The notes below the pieces were generated by a model. The model worked only from the letters and a program-made list of their open reading frames with translations. It was not told where the DNA came from and ran no database searches. Both the position numbers and the translations under genes were made by a program. Below are positions 51,054-62,667 of a stretch of 64,000 bases of DNA, piece after piece. The DNA comes from Squalus acanthias (Eukaryota): NCBI GenBank assembly GCA_030390025.1, contig CM059431.1, positions 135,348,001 through 135,412,000 of the forward strand, read 5' to 3'. The first letter of the stretch is position 1, and the number at the start of each line of letters is the position of its first letter.

Positions 51054-51874
51054 GCTTAATTATCGCCACCGACTGCAAACTTGACTTTTATCGCCCCTGG
51101 AGGTGATTGCAGCGCTAAATCAGGCGCTTCACACCTGTCTTAAGGCGCAAAGGCCGAGGAGCGAGGCGCTACCTCAGAGCGCTGGCGAAGCTCATGTAAT
51201 GTCAGTCAGCAATGGAACACACACACAATGCCACGGGCCAGTTCTTAAAGGGGATGGTTAATCTTGCTTTCCATCCACATCCTGCTCATTGCAGCCTTGA
51301 ATCTCGGCCTGGAGAGACCTGCACATCAAATCTGCTGGAAAGAACAATGGAGAGTACCAGGCAAAGAGCTCAGAGTGCAGCCCCCACAGTCTCTTCTAAA
51401 TCGATACAAGGAATGGCAAATCAAAATGAACCTGCAAAGTGCTGCTCAGTACCCAAAAGTCCTTCACACAACGTTGAATCTCTCCAGAAGTCTCTCCCTC
51501 TCTCAGAATGTGTAGTTCAAAAATGGCACCAACAATAAAAGGCAAGAAGCGGTCACCTTTAAATAGCGCTCCCCCTTTCCCTTCATGACTGCAGAACGCT
51601 CCCCTCAACCTGTCGTTGCTAGCGTCAGGCGGTAAGGCAGGGGGCGCCACTCAATATCAGCTCCGGGGCGATACCGGGGCGTTGCGCACTCGACTGACGT
51701 CACGACCTGCCGGTGCAGGAGATCGTGGCGGTAGTGTTTAGCGCCGCCGCAAAATGTCTAGTTAATTTCGCGAGCGGCGCAAACTTTGCCGCGCCTGGGC
51801 GCCAGATGCTTTGCGCCCCATTAGCGCCCTCTTAAGGCGCTAACGGGAGGCGCAACCAACTGAATTTTTCCCCC
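51054..51874 (-). mobile_element. Deletion derivative of the 53491-57622 Harbinger family
   Basis: Right end is the reverse complement of 53491-53570 (GGGGGAAAAATTCAGTTGGTTGCGCCTCCC..); left part matches the reverse complement of ~57450-57555; outermost ~70 bp of that end missing. Confidence 0.85.
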
Positions 51875-52067
51875 AATGTCTTTTGTTCAATTAACAGTGC
51901 TAACAAGCTTACACACACACTATCAATGGATTATTATGATGGTACACTATTGTGCCTAGCTCTATTAATTAGACAGAGACTTCACTTATCTTTGTTTTTA
52001 GCTTCCTCCAAATTTTCTTTATTCAAGTTAATGGAGACCTTGAAACTAATGACTATTCTAGCTATAA

Positions 52068-53205
52068 ACAACAACAACAAAAACTTGCATTTATATAGCG
52101 CCTTTAACAGAGCAAAACGTCCCAAGGCTCTTCACAGGAGTATTATAAGACAAAAAATTTGACACCGAGCCACATAAGGATAAATTAAGGCAGGTGACCA
52201 AAAGCTTGGTCAAAGAAGTAGGTTTTAAGGAGCGTCTTAAAGGAGGAAAGAGAGGTAGAGAAGCGGAGAGGTTTAGGCAGGGAATTCCAGAGCTTAGGGC
52301 CGAGGCAACAGAAGGCACGGCCACCAATAGTTGAACGATTATAATCAGAGATGCTCAAGAGGGCAGAATTAGAGGAGCGCAGATATCTCGGGGGGTTGTG
52401 GGGCTGGAGGAGATTACAGAGACAGGGAGGGACGAGGCCATGGAGGGATTTGAAAACAAGGATGAGAATTTTGAAAACGATGTGTTGCTTAACCAGGAGC
52501 CAATGTAGGTCAGCGAGCACAGGGGTGATGGGTGAATTGGACTTGGTGTGAGTTAGGACATGGGCAGCCGAGTTTTGGATGACCTCAAGTTTACGTAGGG
52601 TAGAACGTGGGAGGCCAGCCAGGAGTGCGTTGAAATAGGCAAGTCTAAAGGTAACAAAGGCGTTGATTAGGGTGTCAGCAGCAGATGAGCTGAGGCAAGG
52701 GCGGAGATGAGCGATGTTACAGAGGTGGAAATAGGCGGCCTTAGTTATGCCACGGATATGTGGTCGGAAGCTCATTTCAGGGTCAAATATGACAGCAAGT
52801 TTGCGAACAGTGTGGTTCAGCATCAGACAGATGTTAGGGAGAGGAATGGAGTCAGTGGATAGGGAACGGAGTTTGTGACGGGGACCGAAAACAATGGCTT
52901 TGGTCTTCCCAATGTTTAATTGGAGAAAATTTCGGCTCATCCAGAACTGGATGTCAGACATACAGTCTGACAATTTAGAGACCGTGGAGGGGTTGAGAGA
53001 AGAGGTAGTGAGGTAGAGCCGGGTGTCATCAGCGTACATGTGGAAACTGACGCTGTGTTTTCGGATGATGTCACCTAGGGGCAGCACGTAGATGAGAAAT
53101 AGGAGGGGGTTAAGGATAGATCCTTGGGGGTCACCAGAGGTAATGATGTGAGAGCGGGAAGAGAAGTCATTGCAGGTGATTCTCTGGCTACGATTAGATA
53201 GATAA
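52068..53205 (-). mobile_element. L2 LINE 3' portion
   Basis: ORF 52185-53087: MLPLGDIIRKH..FHMYADDTRLY, NFLQLNIGKT, ITPVLADLHWL, GPKLWNSLP; (TTG)n tail. Confidence 0.93.
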
Positions 53206-53991
53206 GAATAGATAAGAGGGAGTTAGGAGGTAAATTTAAAAATAGGACCTCAAAGGTAGTAATCTCAGGATTGCTACCAGTGCCATGTGCTAGGGGGAGT
53301 GTTTGCTAGTGCTGTTGGGGAGGGTTTAAACTAAAATGGCAGGGGGTTGGGAACCTGTGCAGGGAGACAGAAGAAAGGGAAGCAAGGCTAGAAGCAAAAG
53401 ACAGGAAGGAGAAAGCAAAAATGGAAGGCAGAGAAATCAAGGGTGTAAATCAAACAGGGCTACAGTAAATAATAATTCTAAAAGGACTAAGGGGTAAAAA
53501 TTCACTTGGTTGCGCCTCCCATTAGCGCCTTAAGAGGGCGCTAATGGGGCGTTAAGCCGCTAACGCCCGGGCGCAGCGATGTTTGCGCCGCTCGAGAACT
53601 TAACTTGAGATTGTGCGGCGGCGCTAAAACTTACCGCTGCGACCACCTGCGCGCGCAGATTGTGATGTCATTCCATAGTGCAACGCCCTTGGGGCGCCCC
53701 GGAGCGGAAATTGAGTGGCGCCCCCTGCCTTACTGCCTGGCGCTTCCAACGACCGGAAGACTGGAACGCTATCAATCGGTGTGGGGCTGGGGGGGGCGCT
53801 ATTTAAAGGGGGCCTCTTCCTGTGGTCGACATTTATGCACCACTCGTTCTGAGAGAGAGAGAGAGATTCGGAGAGAGAGAGAGAGAGACTTCTACATTGA
53901 CTCAATGCTTTGTGAGGTAGTTTTGCCTATTCATCCTAACTTTGTTGCTACTTTAGTTGCTGTACCTCATTACTTTTCTGGCAAAGAGAAT

Positions 53992-55021
53992 ATGGGGGCT
54001 GCAATGATTGGGGGCGTCGTCCTGCTCCAGCTGAATCGGAGGATACCGAGACGCAGACAGAGAGTGGCAATGATGGCCAGACGGAGGAGGGCCATCAGGC
54101 GCATGTACAGGAGAGCTTACCCTCCCAGGGTATATCGTGAACAGCTCTCCTACATCCATATGTCCAAGGAGCTGTGTTTGCGAAGGCTGCGATTCAGCAA
54201 GGAGGTGGTCACTGAGCTCTGCCACCTGCTGCAGCCAGATCTGCAGCCTCAGCTGAGGTCCAGGACGTCTCTGTCGGTGGCAGTGAAGGTCACAGTGGCT
54301 TTGAACTTCTACGCCACTGGCTCATTCCAAGCTGCTGTTGGGGACCTCGCCAATATCTCCCAGTTTGCGGTGCATCGCTGCATCCGGCAGGTCACCAATG
54401 CCCTCTTCAGAAGGAGACGAGACTTCATCTCTTTCCCTATGACCCCAGACAAGCAGCGTGACCGTGCTCTGGGCTTTGCGAGGGTAGCGGGCTTCCCCAT
54501 GGTGCAGGGCGCCATTGACTGCACGCATGTGGCTTTGCGTGCTCCGCGAGAGAATGCAGAGGAATTCAGGAACAGAAAGGGGTTCCATTCCTTGAATGTG
54601 CAGTTGGTCTGTGACCACAGACAGGTGATACTCGCTGTCAATGCCCACTATCCGGGCAGCTGCCACGATGCTTTCATCCTGCGCCAGACTACTGTGGCAG
54701 AAGTTTTCGAGGCACCGCATCAGCCAGTTGGTTGGCTTCTCGGGGACAAGGGGTACGCATTGAGCACCTGGCTGATGACACCGCTCCGTACGCCAAACAC
54801 CCCTGCTGAGCTGCGGTACAATGAAAGCCATCAAGCAACCAGGAACATTATTGAGCGCACAATCGGCATGCTGAAACAACGGTTCCGCTGTCTGGACCAT
54901 TCCGGAGGAGCCCTGCAGTACTCGCCTGAGCAAGTTTCGAACTTCGTAGTCGTGTGCTGCATGTTGCACAACATGGCAATCCTCAGGACCCAGCCAATGC
55001 CACCAGGCCTTGTAGCACCAC

Positions 55022-55052
<31 letters not shown>

Positions 55053-55152
55053 CGAGGACGATGATCATCAGCAGCACCAAGGCAGGAGGGCGGCCCACAA
55101 TGGTCAAACTGCAAGGGCCGTCCGTCAACGACTAATAGCAAGCCGCTTCTAG
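53992..55152 (+). CDS. Harbinger DDE transposase (HARBI1-like, 386 aa), intact
   Basis: Uninterrupted frame from MGAAMIGG (MGA start shared with other copies); GAIDCTH, NRKGFHSLNVQLVCD, PGSCHDAFIL, LLGDKGY, RNIIERTIGMLKQRFRCL, CCMLHN. Confidence 0.95.
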
Positions 55153-55446
55153 GGCCCCTGCCATTGCTACAAACACTAATCAACCCAGCACGCAACCCCT
55201 AAGCCGGCCAAGGCACCAATAATTCCAACCACCAGCCATGTATATTTTGAATACAGAAACTTATTTATTTTACAAACTCTGTGTGTGTCAATTCCTCATG
55301 ACAAACTCATAGAAATAAACACAAAAAAACAGTCAATAACATAACTGGTTCTCACAACCTGGAGATAATGTCCAAAACACTAAACAAAAGTTGGACCATG
55401 AACCTCGGCCTTTAATAAAAAAATGACCAGCATTTTGTCACACCTC

Positions 55447-57264
55447 CTACTTTTTGCCCTTCGAGGGTGATCTCCTTCCCTTGCGCACTTCCCCCCTTCT
55501 AACCCTACTGCTCCTCCGTAATGGGACCTCAGTGGCTGCAGCAAGGCTGGTGGAAGGCTGCTGCTCGTCAGACCCTGACACTGCAGATGCCCCTGAAGGA
55601 CGGCCTCGACCACTTCTGGGCCTGGAGGGCCCGGCTGCAGACTGCACCAACTCTGCATGGGCGGCAGCAGTCTGTCCTACAGGCGGTGGCAAGTGCAGTG
55701 GAGAAGTGACAGTGTTGGCAGCAGGAATGCTGTCATCGTGAGAGAGGCCAGCAACTCCCTGCTCGCCCGACACACTGGCACTCCCACGGGGCAGCACTTC
55801 AGCATCCGGAGCAATCTGCCGGAGAACAGATTGCTGGCCTGCTGCGGCGCGGTGACAGCCCCGGGGACATGTGCACGAACCATCGAGGTTGGCAGCAGTC
55901 TGTGCTCGCGTGGCCTCCATCTGAGTCTGTATGAGAGCAGTCAGAGGTGGGATCATGGCAGCCAGTGACTGAATTGCAGCACTAAGCGTTAGTGTGGCAT
56001 CCGCCTGTGCTACAGCGAAGTGCTCCACACTCCTTGCCAGTGACTCAATGCATTCGGGCACCCTTCCCACTGCACCCATGAGCTCAGTGTGCATGCCCAC
56101 CGCCTGGGTGTTCATTTCTGCAATCAGCCACGCCTCCTCTGCGTCCATTGCAGTAGGAGTGTCTGGCATACTCTCCCTCTGGGGAGAAGGCCCCCGTTCT
56201 TCCCTACCCCCCCCCATGGCGTTGCTGCAGCCCGCTGGGTCCTTGAGCTTCACCATCATCAGCCCCTTCCCCCCTGCTCCCCTCCGGGGAAGGCGTGTTC
56301 CCAGTGTGGGCATGGGCTTCCTCGGGAGAGGGTGGCACTGATGCTCTGGCTTCCTCTTCCTCCTCGGCTGCAGCATCACTCCCAGTGGCAGCTTCAGGGC
56401 CCGTCTCCTCAGCTGGTGAATCACCATCTGAAAGCAGGGAGGTACAAGAGTGGCTTTAGCGTGAGGACAGGGTGGCAGTAAGGGAGGAATAAGTGCAGCG
56501 AGTTAGCAAGTTGGATTGAAAGTGTCAAAGGCTGGTGTTGTGAGGGACAAGTGGAAGGACAGAGGACAAAAAGGTGATGACCTTACCATTGCTGTCCACA
56601 ACGGGGTCGGCGTCTCCAGTGGCGACGGGACCGATCACCCGGCTTGCCACAATCCTGTGGACGCGCTCCTCCAGATCGCTGAGGGGTTGCAGCTGAAGCC
56701 GCCCTCCACCTGTCCGTTGCTGCTGTCTCCTATTATGAGCCAGCTTAGCCTGCAAGTAAAAGGACAGCATCTGAGTAAATATACAGCCATGGTCTTGCCT
56801 GATGTGCCTCCCATAGGTGAATAGCCCTTACTGTATACAGCCATGGTCTTGCCTGATGTGCCTCCCATAGGTGAATAGCCCTTACTGTATGCAAAGTGTG
56901 GAATGTGTGTGTGTGTTTGATGAAAGGGCCATAGGTGTTGGATGAGTGTTGTGCATTGGGGTTTTAAGACCCTCTGGCCATAGAGTGAGGTTGAGATGGA
57001 GGGATGGAGAGGTATTGAGAAAAAGCCACTCACCCTGACGACCCGAGTGAGGTCGTTGAACTTTTTGTGGCATTGAGTCCTGGGCACCATGCTCCTGGAG
57101 GAGACGCTCTGAGCCACCTCCCTCCACACTCTTCTGAACTCGCGTGGCAAAGGCCTCCTGCCACTCTCAGGGAACAGCATACATCGTCTGCGCTCCACTG
57201 CGTCAACCAGAGCATCCAAGGCCCGCTCGGTGAAGCGATGAGCGCGTTCTCTCACCCTCTCCAT
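55447..57264 (-). CDS. Harbinger Myb/SANT-like DNA-binding protein, 3 exons (57264-57034, 56749-56587, 56427-55447), one apparent frameshift
   Basis: RFTERALDALVDAV..VWREVAQSV..RTQCHKKFNDL; GT-AG introns with matching phases 0 and 1; G9 run at 56207-56215 shifts the frame. Confidence 0.85.
56780..56890. repeat. Perfect 54-bp tandem duplication in Myb intron 1
   Basis: 56780-56833 equals 56834-56887. Confidence 0.95.
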
Positions 57265-60200
57265 GCTTGGCAGCAAAATGGATTCACAGGTCTCTCCAGG
57301 CTGAGATTCAAGGCTGCAATGAGCAGGGTGTGGCTGTGGAGCAAGTGGCCCCCCCCGCTTTAAGAAGTGTCCGGCGCCAGTGTGTCTGTGTTCCCTCGCT
57401 AACTGGCAGCAGCTGCGCTGCGCTCGCGCGCTGAGTTAGCGCCTCACTCCTTGTCCTTTGCGCCTTAAGACAGGTGTGCAGGGCCTGCTTTAGCGCTCCA
57501 CTCACCTCCCGGGGCGGTAAAAGTGAAGTTTCCTGTCAGTGCCGATAATTAGCGCCAGGCGCTAATATTTGCGTCCGGACGATATTTGCGCCCCAAATGG
57601 GGCGCGACCTAATTTCTACCCCTAAGAGTGTTAAAAAAACAAGCCTGAAGGCTTTGTGTCTTAATGCGAGGAGCATTCATAATAAGGTGGATGAATTAGC
57701 TGCGCAAATAGATGTAAATGGATATGATATAATTGGGATTACGGAGACATGGCTCCAGGGTGACCAAGGCTGGGAATTCAACATCCAGGGGTATTCAATA
57801 TTCAGGGAGGACAGGCAAAAAGGAAAAGGAGGTGGGGTAGCATTGCTGGTTAAAGAGGAGATTAACACAATAGTAAGGAAGGATATTAGCTCTGATGATG
57901 TGGAATCTGTATGGGTAGAGCTGAGAAAAACAAGGGGCAGAAAACATTAGTGGGAGTTGTATACAGACCCCCAAACAGTAATGCTGAGGTTGGGGATAGC
58001 ATTAAACGGGAACTTAGGGACGCAAGCAATAAGGGCACAGCAGTTATCATGGGTGACTTTAATCTACATATAGGTTGGGCTAACCAAGTTAGTAACAATA
58101 CTGTGGAGGAGGAATTCCTAGAGTGTATACGGGATGGTTTCCTGGACCAATATGTCAAGGAACCAACTAGAGATCAGGCCATCTTAGACTGGGTATTATG
58201 TAATGAGAAAGGATTAATTTGCAATCTTGTTGTGTGAGGCCCCTTGGGGAGGAGCGATCATAATATGATAGAATTCTTCATTAAGATTGAGAGTGAAGTA
58301 GTAGTTGACTCAGAGACTAGGGTCCTGAATTTAAATAAAGGAAACTACGATGATATGAGGCGCGAGTTGGCTAGGATGGATTGGGGAACGTTACTTAAAG
58401 GGTTGACGGTGGATAGGCAATGGCAAACATTTAAAGATCGCATGGATGAACTACAGAATTTGTTCATCCCTGTTTGGCATAAAAATAAAACAAAAAAGGT
58501 GACTCAACCGTGGCTAACAAGGGAAATTAGGGATAGCATAAGATCCAAGGAGAAGACATATAAATTGGCCAGAAAAAGCAGCAAACCTGAGGATTGGGAG
58601 CAGTTTAGGATCCAGCAAAGGAGGACAAAGGGATTAATTAAGAAGGGGAACATAGAATATGAGAGTAAGCTTGCAGGGAACATAAAAACTGACTGTAAAA
58701 GCTTCTATAGATATGTGAAGAGAAAAAGATTGGTGAAGTCAAGCGTAGGTCCCGTGCAGTCAGAATCAGGGGAATTTATAATGGGGAACAAAGAAATGGC
58801 AGACCAATTAAATACATACTTTGGTTCTGTCTTCACAAAGGAGGACACAAATAACCTCCCAGAGATGTCGGGTAACATAGGGTCTAATGAGAGGGAGGAA
58901 TTGAATGAAATCAGTATTTGTAGGGAAATTGTGTTAGGGAAATTGATGGGATTGAAGGCTGATAAATCCCCAGGGCCTGATAATCTATATCCTAGGGTAC
59001 TTAAGGAAGTGGCCCTAGAAATAGTAGATGCATTGCTGGTCATCTTCCAAAATTCGATAGACTCTGGAATAGTTCCCATGGATTGGAGGGTAGCTAATGT
59101 AACCCCAATATTTAAAAAAGGTGGTAGTGGGGAAAATGCTAGAGTCCATTATAAAAGATGTAATAGCAGAGCACTTGGAAAACAGTGACAGGATCGGACA
59201 AAGTCAACATGGATTTATAAAAGGTAAATTATGCTTGACTAAGCTACTGGAATTTTTTGAGGATGTAACTGGTAAGATAGATAAGGGAGAACCAGTGGAT
59301 GTGGTGTATCTGGACTTTCAGAAGGCTTTCAATAAGTTCCTGCATCAGAGATTAGTGTGCAAAGTTAAAGCACGTGGGATTGGGGGTAAGGTACTGACTT
59401 GGATAGAGAACTGGTTGGCAGACAGGAAGCAAAAAGTTGGAATAAACAGGTCTTTTTCCGAGTGGCAGGCAGTGACTAGTGGGGTACCGCAGGGATCGGT
59501 GCTAGGACCCCAGCTATTCACAATATATATTAATCATCTAGATGAGGGAACTAGATGTAATATTTCCAAGTTTGCAGACGCCTGGGTGGGCGTGTGTGCT
59601 GTGAGGAGGATGCAGAGAAACTCCAGTATGATTTGGACAGGTTGGGTGATTGGGCAGATGCATGGCAGATGCAGTATAATGTGGATAAATGCGAGGTTAT
59701 CCACTTTGGTGGCAAAAACAGGAAGACAGATTATTATCTGAACGGCAATAGATTGGGAAAAGGGGAAGTGCAACGAGATGTGTGAGTCCTTATGCACCAG
59801 TCGCTGAAGGTAAGCATGCAGGTGCAGCAGGCGGTTAAGAAGGCAAATGGTATTTTGGCCTTCATAGCGAGAGGATTCGAGTACAGGAGCAAGGATGTCT
59901 TGCTGCAGCTGTACAAGGCCTTGGTGAGACCACACCTTGAGTATTGTGTGCAGTTTTGGTCGCCTTATCTGAGGAAGGATGTTCTTGCCATGGAGGGAGT
60001 GCAGCGAAGATTTACCAGACTGGTACCTGGGATGGCAGGAATGACGTATGAAGAGAGATTGGGTTGATTAGGCTTATATTCGCTAGAGTTTAGAAGAATG
60101 AGAGGGGATCTCATTGAAACTTATAAAATTCTAACAGGACTAGACAGACTAGATGCAGGAAGGATGTTTCCGATGGCGGGGGAGTCCAGAACCAGGGGTC

Positions 60201-60499
60201 ACAGTCTAAGGATAAGGGGTAAGCCATTTAGGACTGAGATGAGGAGGAATTCCTTCACCCAGAGAGTGGTGAACCTGTGGAATTCTCTACCACAGAAGGC
60301 AGTTGAGGCCAATTCATTAAATATTTTCAAGAAAGAGTTTGATATATTTCTTAAGGCTAAAGGGATCAAGGGATATGGGGAGAAAGCAGGGACAGGGTAC
60401 TGAATTTGGATGATCAGCCATGATCTCATTGAATGGCGGAGCAGGCTCGAGGGGCCGAATGGCCTACTCCTGCTCCTATCTTCTATGTTTCTAAATGTT

Positions 60500-61350
60500 A
60501 AGAATGTCAGCTAGCATGGGAGCCAGAATCGGAAGTTGGGTGGTCAGCAGCTTGTAGAGGAAGTTTGGCCCGGTGGTGACTTTCTTCTATTTAGTTTTGG
60601 ACTCCCCCACAAGTTCAGCTCAGGGTTAAACCGGGCACCAAAGATGCAAATTGTTAGGTTTATAACAAGCAATCTGGAGGTGGGATGCAATGGAAGACAA
60701 AAATACAAAGTTTCTGAGGGGTGACCAAAAGGTTTGCTTTTGTCTTGCTAATATTGAGCTGGAGAAATTTTCAGCTCATTCATTAATTGATGTTGGACAG
60801 GTAATTGAACAGCACAGTGGAAGTCTTGGAGTTGATGGTGGTGGTGGAGAGTTANNNNNNNNNNNNNNNNNNNNNNNNNNNNNNNNNNNNNNNNNNNNNN
60901 NNNNNNNNNNNNNNNNNNNNNNNNNNNNNNNNNNNNNNNNNNNNNNNNNNNNNNNNNNNNNNNNNNNNNNNNNNNNNNNNNNNNNNNNNNNNNNNNNNNN
61001 NNNNNNNNNNNNNNNNNNNNNNNNNNNNNNNNNNNNNNNNNNNNNNNNNNNNNNAGCATTGGGTATTATTAGCATACGTATGGGAGCTGAACCCATGATT
61101 AGGGATGATGTTGCTGAGTCCAAGCATGGAAACTTGGGGCCATGCTAGAGGTGACCATACAGGCCTAGGATTTGGTGGTACCACAGAAGTGGATCATGGA
61201 GTAAAGGTAATGGAGCAGGGTATTTGGTTGACTATGTTGGATGGTTTATGTGGACTGGGCAGAAGCTGGACTAAAGGGAGTGATTAGAGAAGTGGAGACA
61301 GAGTTGGGTGGTAACAACACGTGAGAACTTTAGAGAGGATGGGGATGTGC
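60500..61350 (-). mobile_element. Old L2 fragment spanning the gap
   Basis: LSNIIPNHGFSSHTYANNTQ resembles the L2 YADDTQ motif; weakly colinear with 52700-53100. Confidence 0.6.
60855..61054. other. Assembly gap (200 N)
   Basis: Run of N. Confidence 1.
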
Positions 61351-62169
61351 CACATTTAATTCTGCATGAGGTTGTTCATGATTGGCTTTTCACAAATTCC
61401 TCCAATTACTTCATTTGTCCACATCTTCTATAAATGCTTCTGTTGGTGAAGGGCATGGCTATAACAATTAAAGTTATCATTCGTTTACAGGTTGATTCAC
61501 AAGTGTGGAAAAACCTGTAACTTATGAGCAGCATAGTAGATGTGTGTGAAGTAATCTTTTGCATAAGCAAAGGAACAGCTAACATGCTGTAACCATTCGT
61601 GTGTTGGACAGAATTTGATGAGCACACTAATAGAGTTGCTAACAACAACATGGTGCAAAATATGAATTTGACGTGGAACACAATTGCCCATGCCTGAACA
61701 CACACAATGTACTCTTGTAAATAATTTTGTAGCATTAAGAACATTTTCATTTGTATTTATGTTGTGTGTGTATGATGTTTCCATTCTTTACTCAAAGATA
61801 ATCCAATTGCCTGGAATTTCCGCATAGGTTCTCCGGTGACAGATTAGTGAAACTTCCCCGGAGAAATGGCTAAAAATGGCTGTTAACGCAGTTTCTTCAG
61901 GGTTTCTGCTGATCTTTCATAAAATTTAATGTGGGAGATTGGAACAACCTTGCAATATTTCTCCTCCTATATGTTTAGCTACTTCCCACAAATGGTTACA
62001 ATGAGCGCATCTTGAGCTCAAATCTCTTTATGTAAAACAAGTGTCAGGTAAAAAACCGAGTTAACCAACACTGCTGAACCATGGTTGCTGAAGCATGCAT
62101 TACACTATGGGAAGTCTGTTAGTTGCCCGTTAGTGCCACCAATATAATTCTGCAAATCATTTTGATTAG

Positions 62170-62500
62170 CAACAGGGGAGATGCTGGGAGGAAGTTTCCC
62201 CTGGCTGGGAAGCCTAGAACCAGGGGTCACAGTCTCAGAATAAGGGATCGGCCACTTAGGACTGAGATGAGAAGAAATTCCTTCACTCAGGTTGTGAATC
62301 TTTGGAATTCTCTACCCCAGAGGGCTGTGGAGGCTCAGTCATTGAGGATATTCAAGACAGAGATCGATAGATTTTCGGGCACTAGGGGAATCAAGGGATA
62401 TGGGGATAGTGTGGGAAGGTGGAGTTGAGGTAGAAGATCAGCCATGATCTTATTGAATGGCGGAGCAGGTTCGAAGGGCTGAATGGCCTACTCCTTGTGT
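62170..62500 (+). mobile_element. CR1 3' fragment
   Basis: RTRGHSLRI..WNSLPQRAVEA; 3' UTR like 60404-60480. Confidence 0.88.
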
Positions 62501-62667
62501 ACTTAAACTGGATAAAATGTGTCTAAAACACTATTGTTCACCAGACATCTAGAAGAATTATCTCCGTCATTGCAAATATCAAAACTGTTTTGCAGGCCCC
62601 AGCTGATAGTTATATTCAAACTGTAAAACTTTTTTTTTGCTTAATATATGTTTTGTAATCTTCAAAA

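Larger units (their letters stand above)
46391..52067 (-). mobile_element. Decayed endogenous LTR element with F-like env and no pol
   Basis: LTR segment shared by 46391-46461 and 51997-52067 (5 mismatches in 71); PPT at 46525-46545 next to the TG start of the 3' LTR (46523); PBS-like TGGTGAACCTAGCCAGG at 50077-50061 next to the CA end of the 5' LTR (50079). Confidence 0.85.
53491..57622 (+). mobile_element. Structurally complete PIF/Harbinger DNA transposon (4132 bp)
   Basis: TIRs GGGGTAAAAATT / AATTTCTACCCC; perfect TAA TSD (53488-53490, 57623-57625); convergent transposase and Myb genes. Confidence 0.97.
53216..60492 (+). mobile_element. Near full-length CR1 (ORF1 remnant, EN+RT ORF2 with frameshifts), split by the Harbinger
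   Basis: [58 protein letters not shown] tail; reads through across the TAA TSD. Confidence 0.94.

Noticed and set aside
53605..53991. N-terminal extension of the 515-aa ORF
   Set aside because: Non-ATG start running through subterminal repeats, the TATA-like box and (GA)n; other copies start at the MGA motif.
54322..55128. 268-aa antisense ORF
   Set aside because: Shadow of the GC-rich transposase with no recognisable motif.
53992..55152. Domesticated host HARBI1 gene
   Set aside because: It lies between TIRs with a TSD, inside a CR1, is paired with a Myb gene and has many decayed paralogues in the window.
60690..61184. ORFs containing X runs
   Set aside because: Artefacts of the 200-N gap.
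61497..61784. Possible minus-strand exon (GMGNCVPRQIHILHH..AAHKLQ)
   Set aside because: Weak donor (GTTTTT), two frames open and no recognisable homology; cannot be supported without a search.
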